A stretch of DNA of 64,000 bases, taken from IMG/VR virus record IMGVR_UViG_3300047567_000025, positions 148,264 to 212,263 of that record; one strand, 5' to 3'. This DNA is from a virus. Taxonomy: Duplodnaviria; Caudoviricetes. Both the position numbers and the translations under genes were made by a program. This document shows, piece by piece, positions 43,889 to 54,374 of this stretch (positions are counted from its first letter, which is position 1; the number at the start of each line of letters is the position of its first letter). The notes beneath the pieces were generated by a model. It was given only the letters and a program-made list of their open reading frames with translations, had not been told where the DNA came from and ran no database searches.

Positions 43889-45958
43889 ATGATTGATTTT
43901 GTAATTAAGAAAATGAATAATCCATTATCTGATATCAAAGTCGATTTAGGAACAGACAAACCACTATGGACATATGTCCAAAAGGCAATACAAGATATCG
44001 AGATTCTCAATATGATGCGTTTGAATCCGATTGATGATGAGTCTGTTTTAACAAGTCCATTTATCCATGTAGGCAATTGGGAGTGGAATCCCCATCCATT
44101 AGCAGAAGAAGTTCAATATCGTCGTCGAGAAACAGGTGATAAGCTATCGACAAAACTTATCGGAAATACACGAATAGGTATTCTTGATTTTGATATCTAT
44201 TGTGGAGCCCGTGATAAAAACCGTAATATTGAAACTGCTGTTATCCATAATAAGATTTATGTTCCTATTGAAGATGACCATGGGAAATTTCTAATTGAAA
44301 ATGTTCTTTATTCAGAATATCAATTGGTAGATAAGTTATTATATCCATCAGGAAAAGATTCTTTTACACTGAAATCGCTATTGCCTGTTGTAATTAAATA
44401 TGAAGATGCAAGTGAAGTTTCTATCGATGGATATATTGTTTATTCTAAAATTGGAATGGTCAAGATATTCACAACTATGGAACCTATTTTGTCATGCTTC
44501 ATGCATATTCCAGCACCATTATGCTATCTGGAGGTCTTCCCAATCTTACAATTCTGTGACCATATATCAGATGACAAAGATGATTATGAATATTTCCAGC
44601 CATTAGGCGGTGTTGATATCTACATCAAGGGATTTAAGAAAGGTCTCGAGAAATTTGATTATGTCAGAAGCATACTCGTTATGGCAATTCATTTGATAAG
44701 AAAGCATCAACCACCATCAATTGAAGAACTGCGTGATCCAAAATGGTGGGTTTATCAGTTATCATATTACGATAATATTATTGAGCATCGAGGGGCTTGT
44801 CATGAAATGCATGTTGCAAGAATGCTAGATACAATATCTGCTCAGGTATTGCCAATACCTAATGTTGATAAACGTAATATGACATCGCTACTGCGATATG
44901 TTCTACAAACAGAATTTGATGATATAAATATATTTTCATATGAAAATAAACGATTACGACTTAATGAAGTAATATCAACGATTGTAACAGCAGAAGTATC
45001 TGGTAAATTGAAAAATATGTTTAAGTATGGAATGCTGCTTAAAATGAAAGATATGCATCCATTATGCAAGTTTAATCCTCAGCTAATACTCAAAAATCTT
45101 CATAAATTAGGTACAGTTCATGTTACTGATTTCGTGAATGATTTAGATTATTATCAGCAACTTCGATTTACTAAGCGAGGTCAATTGGTGGCCTAACTTC
45201 TCATATATGCGGGGACGAGACACACCAATCAAAGTTGTCTATCTACCCAATAAATTGGGGGATGCCTAAGGGCTTATACTACCAAATCATGATAGTGATA
45301 TTATGATGGCAATGAGTAACTTCAAAGGTATGGTAAAAAAGTATAAGATATATGCGCCAATCCGCAGGGAAATATCTGCAATCAATTCCTTTTGAATATA
45401 TTAGGAATTATTATAAAATTACAGATATACCCTCAACGACTATCCCTTTCAAGGGAGTAAGCTCATAAGCAAATGATGAGTTGAAACGAGAAGTCAATGA
45501 ATATCTGATAATATTCATTGTACGATATAGTCTGGTCATCCAGTTATAAGCTGGAGAAGTTCATAAGAGAACTGCATGGTGCTGCGAACCATGTGAACAT
45601 TTCGCCTAATAGTCTTGGTCGATTAGATAAACATAAAATAGGATTTATTCAGAGACAGCTTCATCCATCTATGATTGGACTGGTTGATCTTCTCGAATCA
45701 TCTAAAGATGTTGGTCAAAGTGGAATGATATCACCATGGGCTGATACATCTATAATATCAGATACAGATATCAATAAATATCCAAATATCAAATATGAAT
45801 TATTTCAGTTCGTTCTTGATAATTTTCCAGAGCCAGCACTTCGTTTTGAAGCATCTAATCTGGAGGAATACAACAGGATACTAGATAATCTCGTTATGCA
45901 CACTTATATTAACATTGATTATCATATCAAGAAAGAAGAGACTACTGATGAGGATTGA
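43889..45958 (+). CDS. rpoB: RNA polymerase beta subunit, N-terminal half; spliced join(43889..45181,45605..45958), ~548 aa
   Basis: NKRLRLNE; the splice restores RFTKRG-PNSLG; exon 2 contains RQLHPSMIGLVDLLESS...GQSG (beta conserved region). Confidence 0.85.
45182..45604 (+). ncRNA. Group I intron (ORF-less, 423 nt) in rpoB-N
   Basis: Exon ends in U and intron ends in G; P1 AGGU|CA:UGGCCU with U.G; P7 GACTAT(45438)/ATAGTC(45527); GCGGGGA and AATCCGCAG core segments. Confidence 0.9.
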
Positions 45959-46490
45959 CAATGTATTATACAGGGGATCCATTAACAAAGAATTCAGACT
46001 GACATACATGTATACTTTTGAGCAAGATGGAAAATATCAGACAGTCCTACAAAAAGACAATGGAAATATATCTATTATGCCAGCATTCTCAATCAGCATA
46101 TCAGAAGGATTTGAAAAGTCTCGAATGTTTTTGCCATCTAGCAAATATTTTCAATTTGTATTATTATTAAAGAAAACTGTCAATGTTATTTCTGATAATT
46201 TATACGATATTTTTCCAAATATAAATAAAATTGAATTTGAAATAGATTCAAGAGTTCTACAGAGATTTCAAACAGAACAAGCTATGACAGTTTGTGGAAT
46301 GACAATGATTCCTTGTGTATGGGTTGATAGCACTAATACATGTTATCCGGCTATACGTGTTACATCAGCAAACAATGAATCAATTGATATTCCATTCGAA
46401 GATGCAATGTCATTATCACAGATGCTACAATCATTCAGCCCTCATCAGTTTGGTCTATCTTTACTACGCATAATCGGAAAAGTGCAATAA
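45915..46490 (+). CDS. Hypothetical protein (likely start MRIDN at ~45948)
   Basis: Overlaps the rpoB-N stop; followed by a terminator at 46498-46527. Confidence 0.7.
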   Translation: MIIISRKKRLLMRIDNVLYRGSINKEFRLTYMYTFEQDGKYQTVLQKDNGNISIMPAFSISISEGFEKSRMFLPSSKYFQFVLLLKKTVNVISDNLYDIFPNINKIEFEIDSRVLQRFQTEQAMTVCGMTMIPCVWVDSTNTCYPAIRVTSANNESIDIPFEDAMSLSQMLQSFSPHQFGLSLLRIIGKVQ

Positions 46491-46533
46491 ATAAATTAAT
46501 ATGGAGGGTATATATACCCTCCATATTTTTTAA

Positions 46534-48267
46534 TTATATCATTCCGACGCCAGACAATCTATTTGCAAAAGAAGTAAAGTCTGACATGAATGCATCTCCT
46601 AATGTTGGTAGTATATTTTCAATAGCAGATGCTGCTAATGTGAGTTTTGCTACAAGACGCATTGATCCATTGACACGATACTTGTCAACGCTCGCACATT
46701 GTGCAATATAATCAAACATTGTATGATTGTTTAAAAAAGTCGAAATCTTGTTCATACCAGATGTAACTAATATATGCTGTAAATCACAAATTTGTATTGT
46801 TACATCTATTGCTAATGGGAATCCATGAATTGATACATCAGTTCCGCCCACGTTTTTATTCACTGTTATTTGCTCAATCATTCCAAGTCTAGTTCCCCAC
46901 ATACCAGGGATATTGCATTGTATTATAGGCGGATATGCATACGCGGAAGCATTATTTTTTGATAATTCAGGTAAAGCCATTCCATATATGAAAAATAATG
47001 GAACCAATACTTCTGTCAAATAAGTGTATGGATCTCCTGAAGATGCACGAAGATGTGTTGTGACTGTTAATCCTGAAGTAGCGCTATGACCTTGGAAAAC
47101 TTTTGGATATATTGTGTGATCACCAACATATGAACGGGCCATTGATCCAGCTATTGCTGCAGTAAATCGACCAACACCAGACGATAAACTTGTTAATACC
47201 TTTTCTGCTGCATTTACAGATTTCGTTGCTAAGTTTATAGCTACATCATTTACGGTGCTAACACTTGAATTTGATATAAATGCAATTTCGGAACCAATAC
47301 TTGATCCACTATTAATTACAGATGAATATAATTGCGAGTCCCCGATTGTATTACTGTATATCTCAGATGTGCCAGTTGGATCTATCATGAATGATACATA
47401 TTGTGATGTATCGCCTGACATTGTATCAATAGCGGTTACATCACCAAGACCATCCTTAGCAGTTATAAATCGATAATTACTCCAAACATCATTATCTGCA
47501 GTAACATTTGCAGTCATTCCTATTGGATAAAAATAATCACCAATACGTACGCATGCCTTTTGTAAGCCGAGCATGATAACAGCTGTATTTATCATCATCT
47601 TTACATTGTTTATATATGAATACCAGTCACTTTCAAATGTATAGAAAGGCTGTTGTACAGATAATGAAGTTAATATTGCAGATGATAAGTAAGCACCTCC
47701 TTTAGTAAGAAGCTGTCCTAATGATGATATTACATCTTTTGCTCCGGAAACACTATTCATGTCAAGAACTGACATATTACCATCGACACCTTCTAATCCA
47801 GCAGCAGAAGCAGTCACCGTTTTAAAATCACCTTCATCGCCAAGAGCAGACTGATATGCAGACAAATTGTATTCATTTATCATTGCTTCAGCAGTTCCTT
47901 TGTTATAAACGCTTTCACCACTGCTACCATCAAGGATATCATATCGGTGCATGGCAACTGCATACTGTCCTGCAACTTTTATTATACCTGCAAGTGAATT
48001 CATTCCTCCTGTGAATAATGCTTTACCAATAACAAAATTTGCAATGTTCGCGTCCTGTATAATGTTTGTTAAATAAAAATCACCTACAGGGCCAGGAGAA
48101 GTTCCATCTGAGCTTTTCAAACGCATGTCATTCAAATGAGTTAATTGTGGAGGTGATCCAAATAATCGGGGAGAATAAGAATTCATTAGAGGATTCATTT
48201 GAAATGGTGATTCTTCATCACTATTGTCAACCTGCCCGCCAACTCCAGGTAAATAATATTTAGACAT
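46534..48267 (-). CDS. Probable virion tail/baseplate protein
   Basis: 577 aa; PPIIQCNIPG...FPLAIDVTIQICDL resembles a tube-initiator/hub-like segment. Confidence 0.5.
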   Translation of the reverse strand: MSKYYLPGVGGQVDNSDEESPFQMNPLMNSYSPRLFGSPPQLTHLNDMRLKSSDGTSPGPVGDFYLTNIIQDANIANFVIGKALFTGGMNSLAGIIKVAGQYAVAMHRYDILDGSSGESVYNKGTAEAMINEYNLSAYQSALGDEGDFKTVTASAAGLEGVDGNMSVLDMNSVSGAKDVISSLGQLLTKGGAYLSSAILTSLSVQQPFYTFESDWYSYINNVKMMINTAVIMLGLQKACVRIGDYFYPIGMTANVTADNDVWSNYRFITAKDGLGDVTAIDTMSGDTSQYVSFMIDPTGTSEIYSNTIGDSQLYSSVINSGSSIGSEIAFISNSSVSTVNDVAINLATKSVNAAEKVLTSLSSGVGRFTAAIAGSMARSYVGDHTIYPKVFQGHSATSGLTVTTHLRASSGDPYTYLTEVLVPLFFIYGMALPELSKNNASAYAYPPIIQCNIPGMWGTRLGMIEQITVNKNVGGTDVSIHGFPLAIDVTIQICDLQHILVTSGMNKISTFLNNHTMFDYIAQCASVDKYRVNGSMRLVAKLTLAASAIENILPTLGDAFMSDFTSFANRLSGVGMI

Positions 48268-48361
48268 ATATATCTATCCTTTCTATAATCTTATTAATAA
48301 ATAAATAACTAATCAAAACATATAGCATTAATATGTTAAAAGAAAGTCGAGTGTTGAAAAA

Positions 48362-49159
48362 ATGAAAGTTTTAAAAATAGTATCACCTGATGACTCGAAT
48401 GGTTTTATTGATAAAATATTAGCAATTAAATCGTTCAATGGACCTTTATTTGATAGCAGCTATTTTGTGCTGTATATTTTGATTGATTCAGATATTGATT
48501 TTCTATATCGCAGGTTATATGAAGACACATATCTCAAACAAAATAAGCAATCATATTATGATGCATCGTCGAATATGTTAGAGATGGCTTTTTCTATTTC
48601 TGATGCGATGGGATACATCTATAAAGCAACACCTCCTAGATTACAATCACAGATTCCAGAGGCAATTGTTTCTATTGCTTCAATAAAAGGGCTACTTGAA
48701 CAATTACTAATTGACGATAATAGTGGCTTTTTAATAACATATCATTCATATTTTAAGAATTATACAAAACTTGAATATTTTGAAACAAATTGGGTTCACG
48801 ATGATACTGCGATTGATATGATTAGACAGCTATATGATGATAAGAATATGATATGTATTCTTGATGCATATGATTGCTCATTTGACGAAATAATGAGCAA
48901 TCAATTAGATACTGACACACATGATGAAAATGCTAATGAGAACTGTCATTTTCAGCTGACGATACATTGTACTAACGCATCACAAATTTCATATCTGGCA
49001 AATATTTTAGGAAGCAAGCAATATTCACTTATCACGAATATTAAGTATGATGGAGAGAAAATGTGTGTAATATTATATACTTCAAGATGCTTAAAATGCG
49101 ATGAGATATTTCATAAAGCAGTGCATGAAATAATTGTAGGAACATATAAATTATTATAA
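48362..49159 (+). CDS. Hypothetical protein
   Basis: 265-aa ORF followed by a terminator at 49158-49186. Confidence 0.7.
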   Translation: MKVLKIVSPDDSNGFIDKILAIKSFNGPLFDSSYFVLYILIDSDIDFLYRRLYEDTYLKQNKQSYYDASSNMLEMAFSISDAMGYIYKATPPRLQSQIPEAIVSIASIKGLLEQLLIDDNSGFLITYHSYFKNYTKLEYFETNWVHDDTAIDMIRQLYDDKNMICILDAYDCSFDEIMSNQLDTDTHDENANENCHFQLTIHCTNASQISYLANILGSKQYSLITNIKYDGEKMCVILYTSRCLKCDEIFHKAVHEIIVGTYKLL

Positions 49160-49361
49160 TCTATGGGGCTTTAAGCCCCATAGATTTCTATATTATTTTA
49201 TATTCTATATATATATAATTCTTATGTAATGAATATATACATATACTGCTATAAAATAATATAATATTTTATAAAATGATACATATATATTTCATTTGAA
49301 TAGTTAATGAGCAAAGTCGCGAATTGCTCATTTTCATTAATAATATGAAAAGGAGAAAAAT

Positions 49362-51080
49362 ATGATTGACCGTAAGACAATACTGAGTGCTGTACGTCTA
49401 GTTGCAGCCGTAGGAATAACCGTAGTAAAAATTGCCTCAGTTTTCACATCGTCAAATTCTAATACTCAGCACAATCACGATAGTTATTATCATAATAATA
49501 GCCAGTCATATGGCTATTCAAATCCAAATAATATGTATAACTATCAGCAGCCAACACATTATGTTACAACTGGAGCAACTCCAGTACCAACACCAGTACA
49601 AACACCCGTACAGCAGCCTGTTAATTCACAAATGACAAATAATAATAAGGAACTTACATGGAGGGATAATATGAATATGAATGCAAATATGGAATCAAGA
49701 AGAACTTATAATAATTATGGACAGTATCAGCAGTGTAATCCAATGAATAATAACTGTTCATATGGATATGGTTATGGATATGCTGATAATGCAAATTATC
49801 AGAATTCATATAATGCAATGCCATCTTATGAATACAATAATAACGTAACATATCAGAATGCTTATAATCCAATTCAGCAGTATGGCTATAATAATAATGT
49901 ATATCCAACATATCAAAGCACTTCTTCATCACCATATGGATATGGCTATGGATATGCTGATAATGCAAATTATCAGAATTCATACAATCCAATGCAATCA
50001 TATGGATATTACAATCCTGCACAATATCAAAATAATTATGCATCATCTTATAAAATGAATCAACAGCCACAATATCCATATGGCTATTATGCACAGAATA
50101 TGTATAATAATTCAGACTATTATGGATACTATAATGCATATAACCAAAATGCATATAAGCAGATGACATCGCAATATAATTGTTATAATCCGTCATCATC
50201 AACATCACCATATGGATATGGTTATGGATATGCTGATAATGCAAATTATCAACAGAATTATCAGCAGCAACCTAAGGATTATTCACAAGCAGCATTTGAT
50301 GCTTTGTACAGCAAACCAAGCACTGTATATCCAAATATGACGAATAATCCTTTATATCAGAATTCATCATATATGTATCAGCAGCAATATCCGACCAATA
50401 AACCTTCATCATGGTATGGAAATGAATATAATACGAATTATTATGGAAAATGTGAAGGCATATCAAATGATATGTATGGCATGACTCCAGAAATGATACA
50501 GCGTCAATCAGCCCCCGTACAGCAGAATACAGCAAATCAGAAGCCCATGAATTATCAGCAGAATTATCAACAGAATTATCAGCAGCAACCTAAGGATTAT
50601 TCACAAGCAGCATTTGATGCATTGTACAGCAAACCTATGAATTATCAGCAGAATTATCAGCAGAATTATCATCCAGAATATTCTTTTCGTCAAGATACTG
50701 AAGGCTCTAATCTTAATTGGACAAATCAAAAACATTTTGACTTTCCGCAAAAAATGAATAATATTGCGAACATTGAAAAACCAAAAGAAGATCCATGGCC
50801 TGCTGCTAGTAGCATAAAATCAAATACTAATACTAATGTTTCGCAGAGCTATCCAGAGATTGATATCACCGCAATGCTGGGTAGAAATATTGCAGGTCCA
50901 CAGACGAATGCTAATGAAAATGATCAAATGATATCAGCAGAAGATCAAGGTGTAGTTCCATTTGGAACATATCCATCTGCAGAGCCAAGCAATAGTATCA
51001 TGCGTCCTATAACGACAATGGTTAAAAATCCGATAGGACATTCAATTCCTCCGAAAAATGAAATTCCTATAAATGTTTAA
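49362..51080 (+). CDS. Y/N/Q-rich prion-like low-complexity protein with N-terminal hydrophobic helix
   Basis: YGYGYGYADNANYQ x3; NYQQQPKDYSQAAFDALYSKP x2; AAGGAG RBS. Confidence 0.8.
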   Translation: MIDRKTILSAVRLVAAVGITVVKIASVFTSSNSNTQHNHDSYYHNNSQSYGYSNPNNMYNYQQPTHYVTTGATPVPTPVQTPVQQPVNSQMTNNNKELTWRDNMNMNANMESRRTYNNYGQYQQCNPMNNNCSYGYGYGYADNANYQNSYNAMPSYEYNNNVTYQNAYNPIQQYGYNNNVYPTYQSTSSSPYGYGYGYADNANYQNSYNPMQSYGYYNPAQYQNNYASSYKMNQQPQYPYGYYAQNMYNNSDYYGYYNAYNQNAYKQMTSQYNCYNPSSSTSPYGYGYGYADNANYQQNYQQQPKDYSQAAFDALYSKPSTVYPNMTNNPLYQNSSYMYQQQYPTNKPSSWYGNEYNTNYYGKCEGISNDMYGMTPEMIQRQSAPVQQNTANQKPMNYQQNYQQNYQQQPKDYSQAAFDALYSKPMNYQQNYQQNYHPEYSFRQDTEGSNLNWTNQKHFDFPQKMNNIANIEKPKEDPWPAASSIKSNTNTNVSQSYPEIDITAMLGRNIAGPQTNANENDQMISAEDQGVVPFGTYPSAEPSNSIMRPITTMVKNPIGHSIPPKNEIPINV

Positions 51081-51213
51081 TGATAATAATAATATGAGAG
51101 AGATGACACAGAAATGTACTCATTTAGAAGTAAATTGTTAATCAAAGAAAATCTGCATTATCCTTAGTAATTAGGATTTATCATGCAGATTAAAAAAACA
51201 AGGAGGAAATTTT

Positions 51214-51549
51214 ATGAATTTGAAAACGGAGGAACTTGACAGAATATTTTCTGGTGCCGGTGCTTTTATACAGACCGGACAAAACATGTGTCACATCCTA
51301 AGTGATGGATTCAAGGATGTACAGAATGCATTCGATAGCAGAAGAAACATGGGTCCACAGTATCAATGTAATATGCCATCATATACGCCGTGTATTCAGT
51401 ATGGATATGGATATGCTGATAATGCAAGTCCGACTTACTTTAATGGATCAATGAACTTTCAGCCATACCAGACAGCACCTAATATGAATAATATGGGCTA
51501 TACTGGTTTTACGAATTCATCATATGGAAATTCTGGAGGAATGCTATGA
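51214..51549 (+). CDS. Small low-complexity protein related to the 49362 gene
   Basis: DSRRNMG and YGYGYADN motifs; AGGAGG RBS. Confidence 0.75.
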   Translation: MNLKTEELDRIFSGAGAFIQTGQNMCHILSDGFKDVQNAFDSRRNMGPQYQCNMPSYTPCIQYGYGYADNASPTYFNGSMNFQPYQTAPNMNNMGYTGFTNSSYGNSGGML

Positions 51550-51911
51550 TGAAAAACTTTAAGAAGTTCTGTTTAAATATCGCATCTCCGCAACATGTTG
51601 ATATTGATGAATCCATAACAGAAATACCCGATGTATATCAGAAGCGACTTGACGTATTAATATCTAATATGAAAAATAAAATGGAAATAATTGACCGTAT
51701 TTCTATAAGTTTCATTGAAGAAGCATTTGATGATGCTGATGACACGTTCCAGGTTCTTGATTCCAATGATAATGGCGATATTCCTGTAGGTATAATAAGC
51801 AAATTGTCAAAAGAATTATATCACAAGTCGTTTAACACATTAGCAGATGACGAGCAGGCAATAATAAAAGTTCTTGCGTGCTACTTATCTATACAATTAA
51901 AAAAAAATTAG
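51546..51911 (+). CDS. Hypothetical protein
   Basis: Translationally coupled to the upstream gene (ATGA overlap). Confidence 0.7.
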   Translation: MMKNFKKFCLNIASPQHVDIDESITEIPDVYQKRLDVLISNMKNKMEIIDRISISFIEEAFDDADDTFQVLDSNDNGDIPVGIISKLSKELYHKSFNTLADDEQAIIKVLACYLSIQLKKN

Positions 51912-51923
51912 GAGGAATTCAAA

Positions 51924-52568
51924 ATGGCAAATACTGTTATTAATAAGGCTTCTATCAAACCTATCCCAACAGACCACTATATCATCTCCACAAATGACGT
52001 GGTGAACTATCTTCAGAATCAGCTTGGTTTCTCAATCGGTTATGATTTCACAAGGTGGGTTGGCGTGTCAGTAGATCACAGCTACATCAGAATGAGAGCT
52101 ATCATTAATCCGAAAGATATCGTTTATTCAGCAGCAAACAAAGATTATGTTGATTCGGTTCTTGCAGCAAATGCAGCTGGCATTATGTATAAAGATACTG
52201 TTATTGAGACGCTAAAGCCTTTTATGTATCCGAAATCAATAACAAACATCCGCAATCACCCAGAAGACCTTCAGCGAATTGCTGAATATGGTCTTTATGG
52301 TGAGAGACTTGATGAAGTTATACAGTATTCACAGCTGAATTATTGCAAGCAGGCTGACGTGTTCAGACTCTATCTAAGACCAGAGAGAATTATCGTTGAT
52401 ATGCTGTCAGATCCAGCAACTAATAAGGTTGATGGTGAGATTGCTATAACAGGTACTCATGGAACAACTTCTGAAACGATACGTTGGGATGTTGAAGTTA
52501 CAAAGAATAACGCAATGGGCGTTAGCTCAGATATTTCGATCGATCGTATCTTTTCTGTTAAGTCATAA
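51924..52568 (+). CDS. Hypothetical protein
   Basis: 214 aa with AGGAGG RBS; GC-rich hairpin follows at ~52610-52637. Confidence 0.75.
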   Translation: MANTVINKASIKPIPTDHYIISTNDVVNYLQNQLGFSIGYDFTRWVGVSVDHSYIRMRAIINPKDIVYSAANKDYVDSVLAANAAGIMYKDTVIETLKPFMYPKSITNIRNHPEDLQRIAEYGLYGERLDEVIQYSQLNYCKQADVFRLYLRPERIIVDMLSDPATNKVDGEIAITGTHGTTSETIRWDVEVTKNNAMGVSSDISIDRIFSVKS

Positions 52569-52656
52569 TAAATTTGCTGTTTCCAATTTTATCACCCTAT
52601 AAATTGAACGCCGGGGTGGGGGTAATTCCCCACCCGGGTCTGTTCAATATTTCTTC

Positions 52657-53757
52657 TTGATCGAGGTGAAATTTATGCCTAATTTCAATAATATTGAAAT
52701 TAATGAAATGATCGATATGCTGGAAGATTATGTTAATACCAATAGAAATTCAGCTGTGCCATTTGCTGTTGGCGGAATGGCTGGTACTATGATATTTCGC
52801 CATGTGATAGATGCTGTTTTATCGGCACATTATAAGTTTTCTGAAGTACTTATTATTGAAGGATGTCAGGACTATATTGGACTCAGTAAAACTCCGTATA
52901 ATAACAATTATATTTACTATGCTGATCTATATGATGACATATATGATAATCCGATAATTCCATATAATCCATGGCTTCCTGAAATATACAATTTTAAGCC
53001 ATCAATGCATCGTATGTTAAATTCATCTATTATTGATAATTATAACGTGATAATCATTAATAATGCTCATCTTATACCGCCGGATTTTATAAATGATATC
53101 ACATATAATTTTTCAGGTAAAATTATATCGGTAGTCGACCCTTTCGATATGAATGGAGAAATTTTTACGAATGTCCCCTGTATAACTGACACTTTGAATA
53201 AAGTATCACCAATAGTAGCAATGGCTCGTTCATCATATGACGTTGATTCGAGGGCAATAGATAAAAATATTCCTGGCAGAATAACAGAAGTTAAAAAAAT
53301 CAATAAAAAATCAATTGGTAAAATCGACGATAAACAGTACATTACGAACGACGCATATTTGTGTGATATTATTCGTAGCAAGCAGTTGCAATCGCCATTC
53401 CGAAAAAATCAGAAATTGTTTGTTACATCGAACTTTATTAATATTAATATTAATGAGTCTAAGCGAGGTCATTCACTCACAAAGAATAGCATGTGTATTA
53501 TTGAATCAACAGCAGCACCGTTGATGCGACTTAGAATATATTCAACGAAAATCAATTACTATGGTGATGTTAGCTATTCTAATAATCCGCCGATAAGTAA
53601 AATTCAAGTTGTACCTGCTAATATTCTTATGATTGATCAATCAGCTTATCACAGATACAATCATTCGGTGCTGATATTAAATGATGATATCGGATTGCGT
53701 GAAAGATATTCTATTCTTAAGAATAGTAATAATCTGACCATTACACGATATGATTAA
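52657..53757 (+). CDS. Dda/RecD-like SF1B helicase homolog with degenerate catalytic motifs
   Basis: GGMAGTMIF (Walker A-like, no Lys); IIINNAHLI (Walker B-like, no DE); VVDPF; RYSILKNS. Confidence 0.55.
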   Translation: MIEVKFMPNFNNIEINEMIDMLEDYVNTNRNSAVPFAVGGMAGTMIFRHVIDAVLSAHYKFSEVLIIEGCQDYIGLSKTPYNNNYIYYADLYDDIYDNPIIPYNPWLPEIYNFKPSMHRMLNSSIIDNYNVIIINNAHLIPPDFINDITYNFSGKIISVVDPFDMNGEIFTNVPCITDTLNKVSPIVAMARSSYDVDSRAIDKNIPGRITEVKKINKKSIGKIDDKQYITNDAYLCDIIRSKQLQSPFRKNQKLFVTSNFINININESKRGHSLTKNSMCIIESTAAPLMRLRIYSTKINYYGDVSYSNNPPISKIQVVPANILMIDQSAYHRYNHSVLILNDDIGLRERYSILKNSNNLTITRYD

Positions 53758-53769
53758 AAGAGGTGTAAA

Positions 53770-54372
53770 ATGAGAATCTTTGGCTTAAATATAACGCGTC
53801 AATCGACATATGATATCAAAGAAGCAGAATCTTTTAAAGCAATTATTAGCCTTATAAGTACTGGATGTACCACAATGCGTCGTATGATATCATCAGATCT
53901 TAATATTGAAAATATTGAATTCGTGTCTGATTTAAGCAATGAACTTCAGAAGCTAGTTGGCTTTGTTGATTTATATTCACATAATAAATTTTCATCACCA
54001 GCAGAAAGTTTTGAAATTGAATGTACAATTGCGATGCTTAAATTATCAGTATCTAATATAATTAAAGCTGTTAATAAGAATATCATGCAGTCTGAATCGT
54101 GTATAAATGACATGACCGATGAAGAGCGATTAGATTTTCATAAGCAATTATTTGTTCAGCTTATTGAAAATGTAAATAAAACTGATATATCGTTGATGTC
54201 AATAGAATTTATCATCGCATATGACAAAGCTAAATGCATATCCAATGTTGACATCATTCAAGACTATAAAAAACGTCAGAGAATGAAGTTGTCTAATGTT
54301 GATACTTTGTATACTATTAAATTTGCTAAGCCAAAAGTATATAATGATAAAATTAAAAAAGGAGTAAAATAA
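53770..54372 (+). CDS. Hypothetical protein
   Basis: 200-aa ORF with GAGGTG RBS. Confidence 0.7.
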   Translation: MRIFGLNITRQSTYDIKEAESFKAIISLISTGCTTMRRMISSDLNIENIEFVSDLSNELQKLVGFVDLYSHNKFSSPAESFEIECTIAMLKLSVSNIIKAVNKNIMQSESCINDMTDEERLDFHKQLFVQLIENVNKTDISLMSIEFIIAYDKAKCISNVDIIQDYKKRQRMKLSNVDTLYTIKFAKPKVYNDKIKKGVK

Positions 54373-54374
54373 TA

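Noticed and set aside
45518-45958. Independent 146-aa gene
   Set aside because: Its 5' part is intron sequence; from 45605 it is exon 2 of rpoB-N.
49654-50244. His-rich 196-aa minus-strand ORF
   Set aside because: Antisense shadow of the YGYG repeats; no RBS evident.
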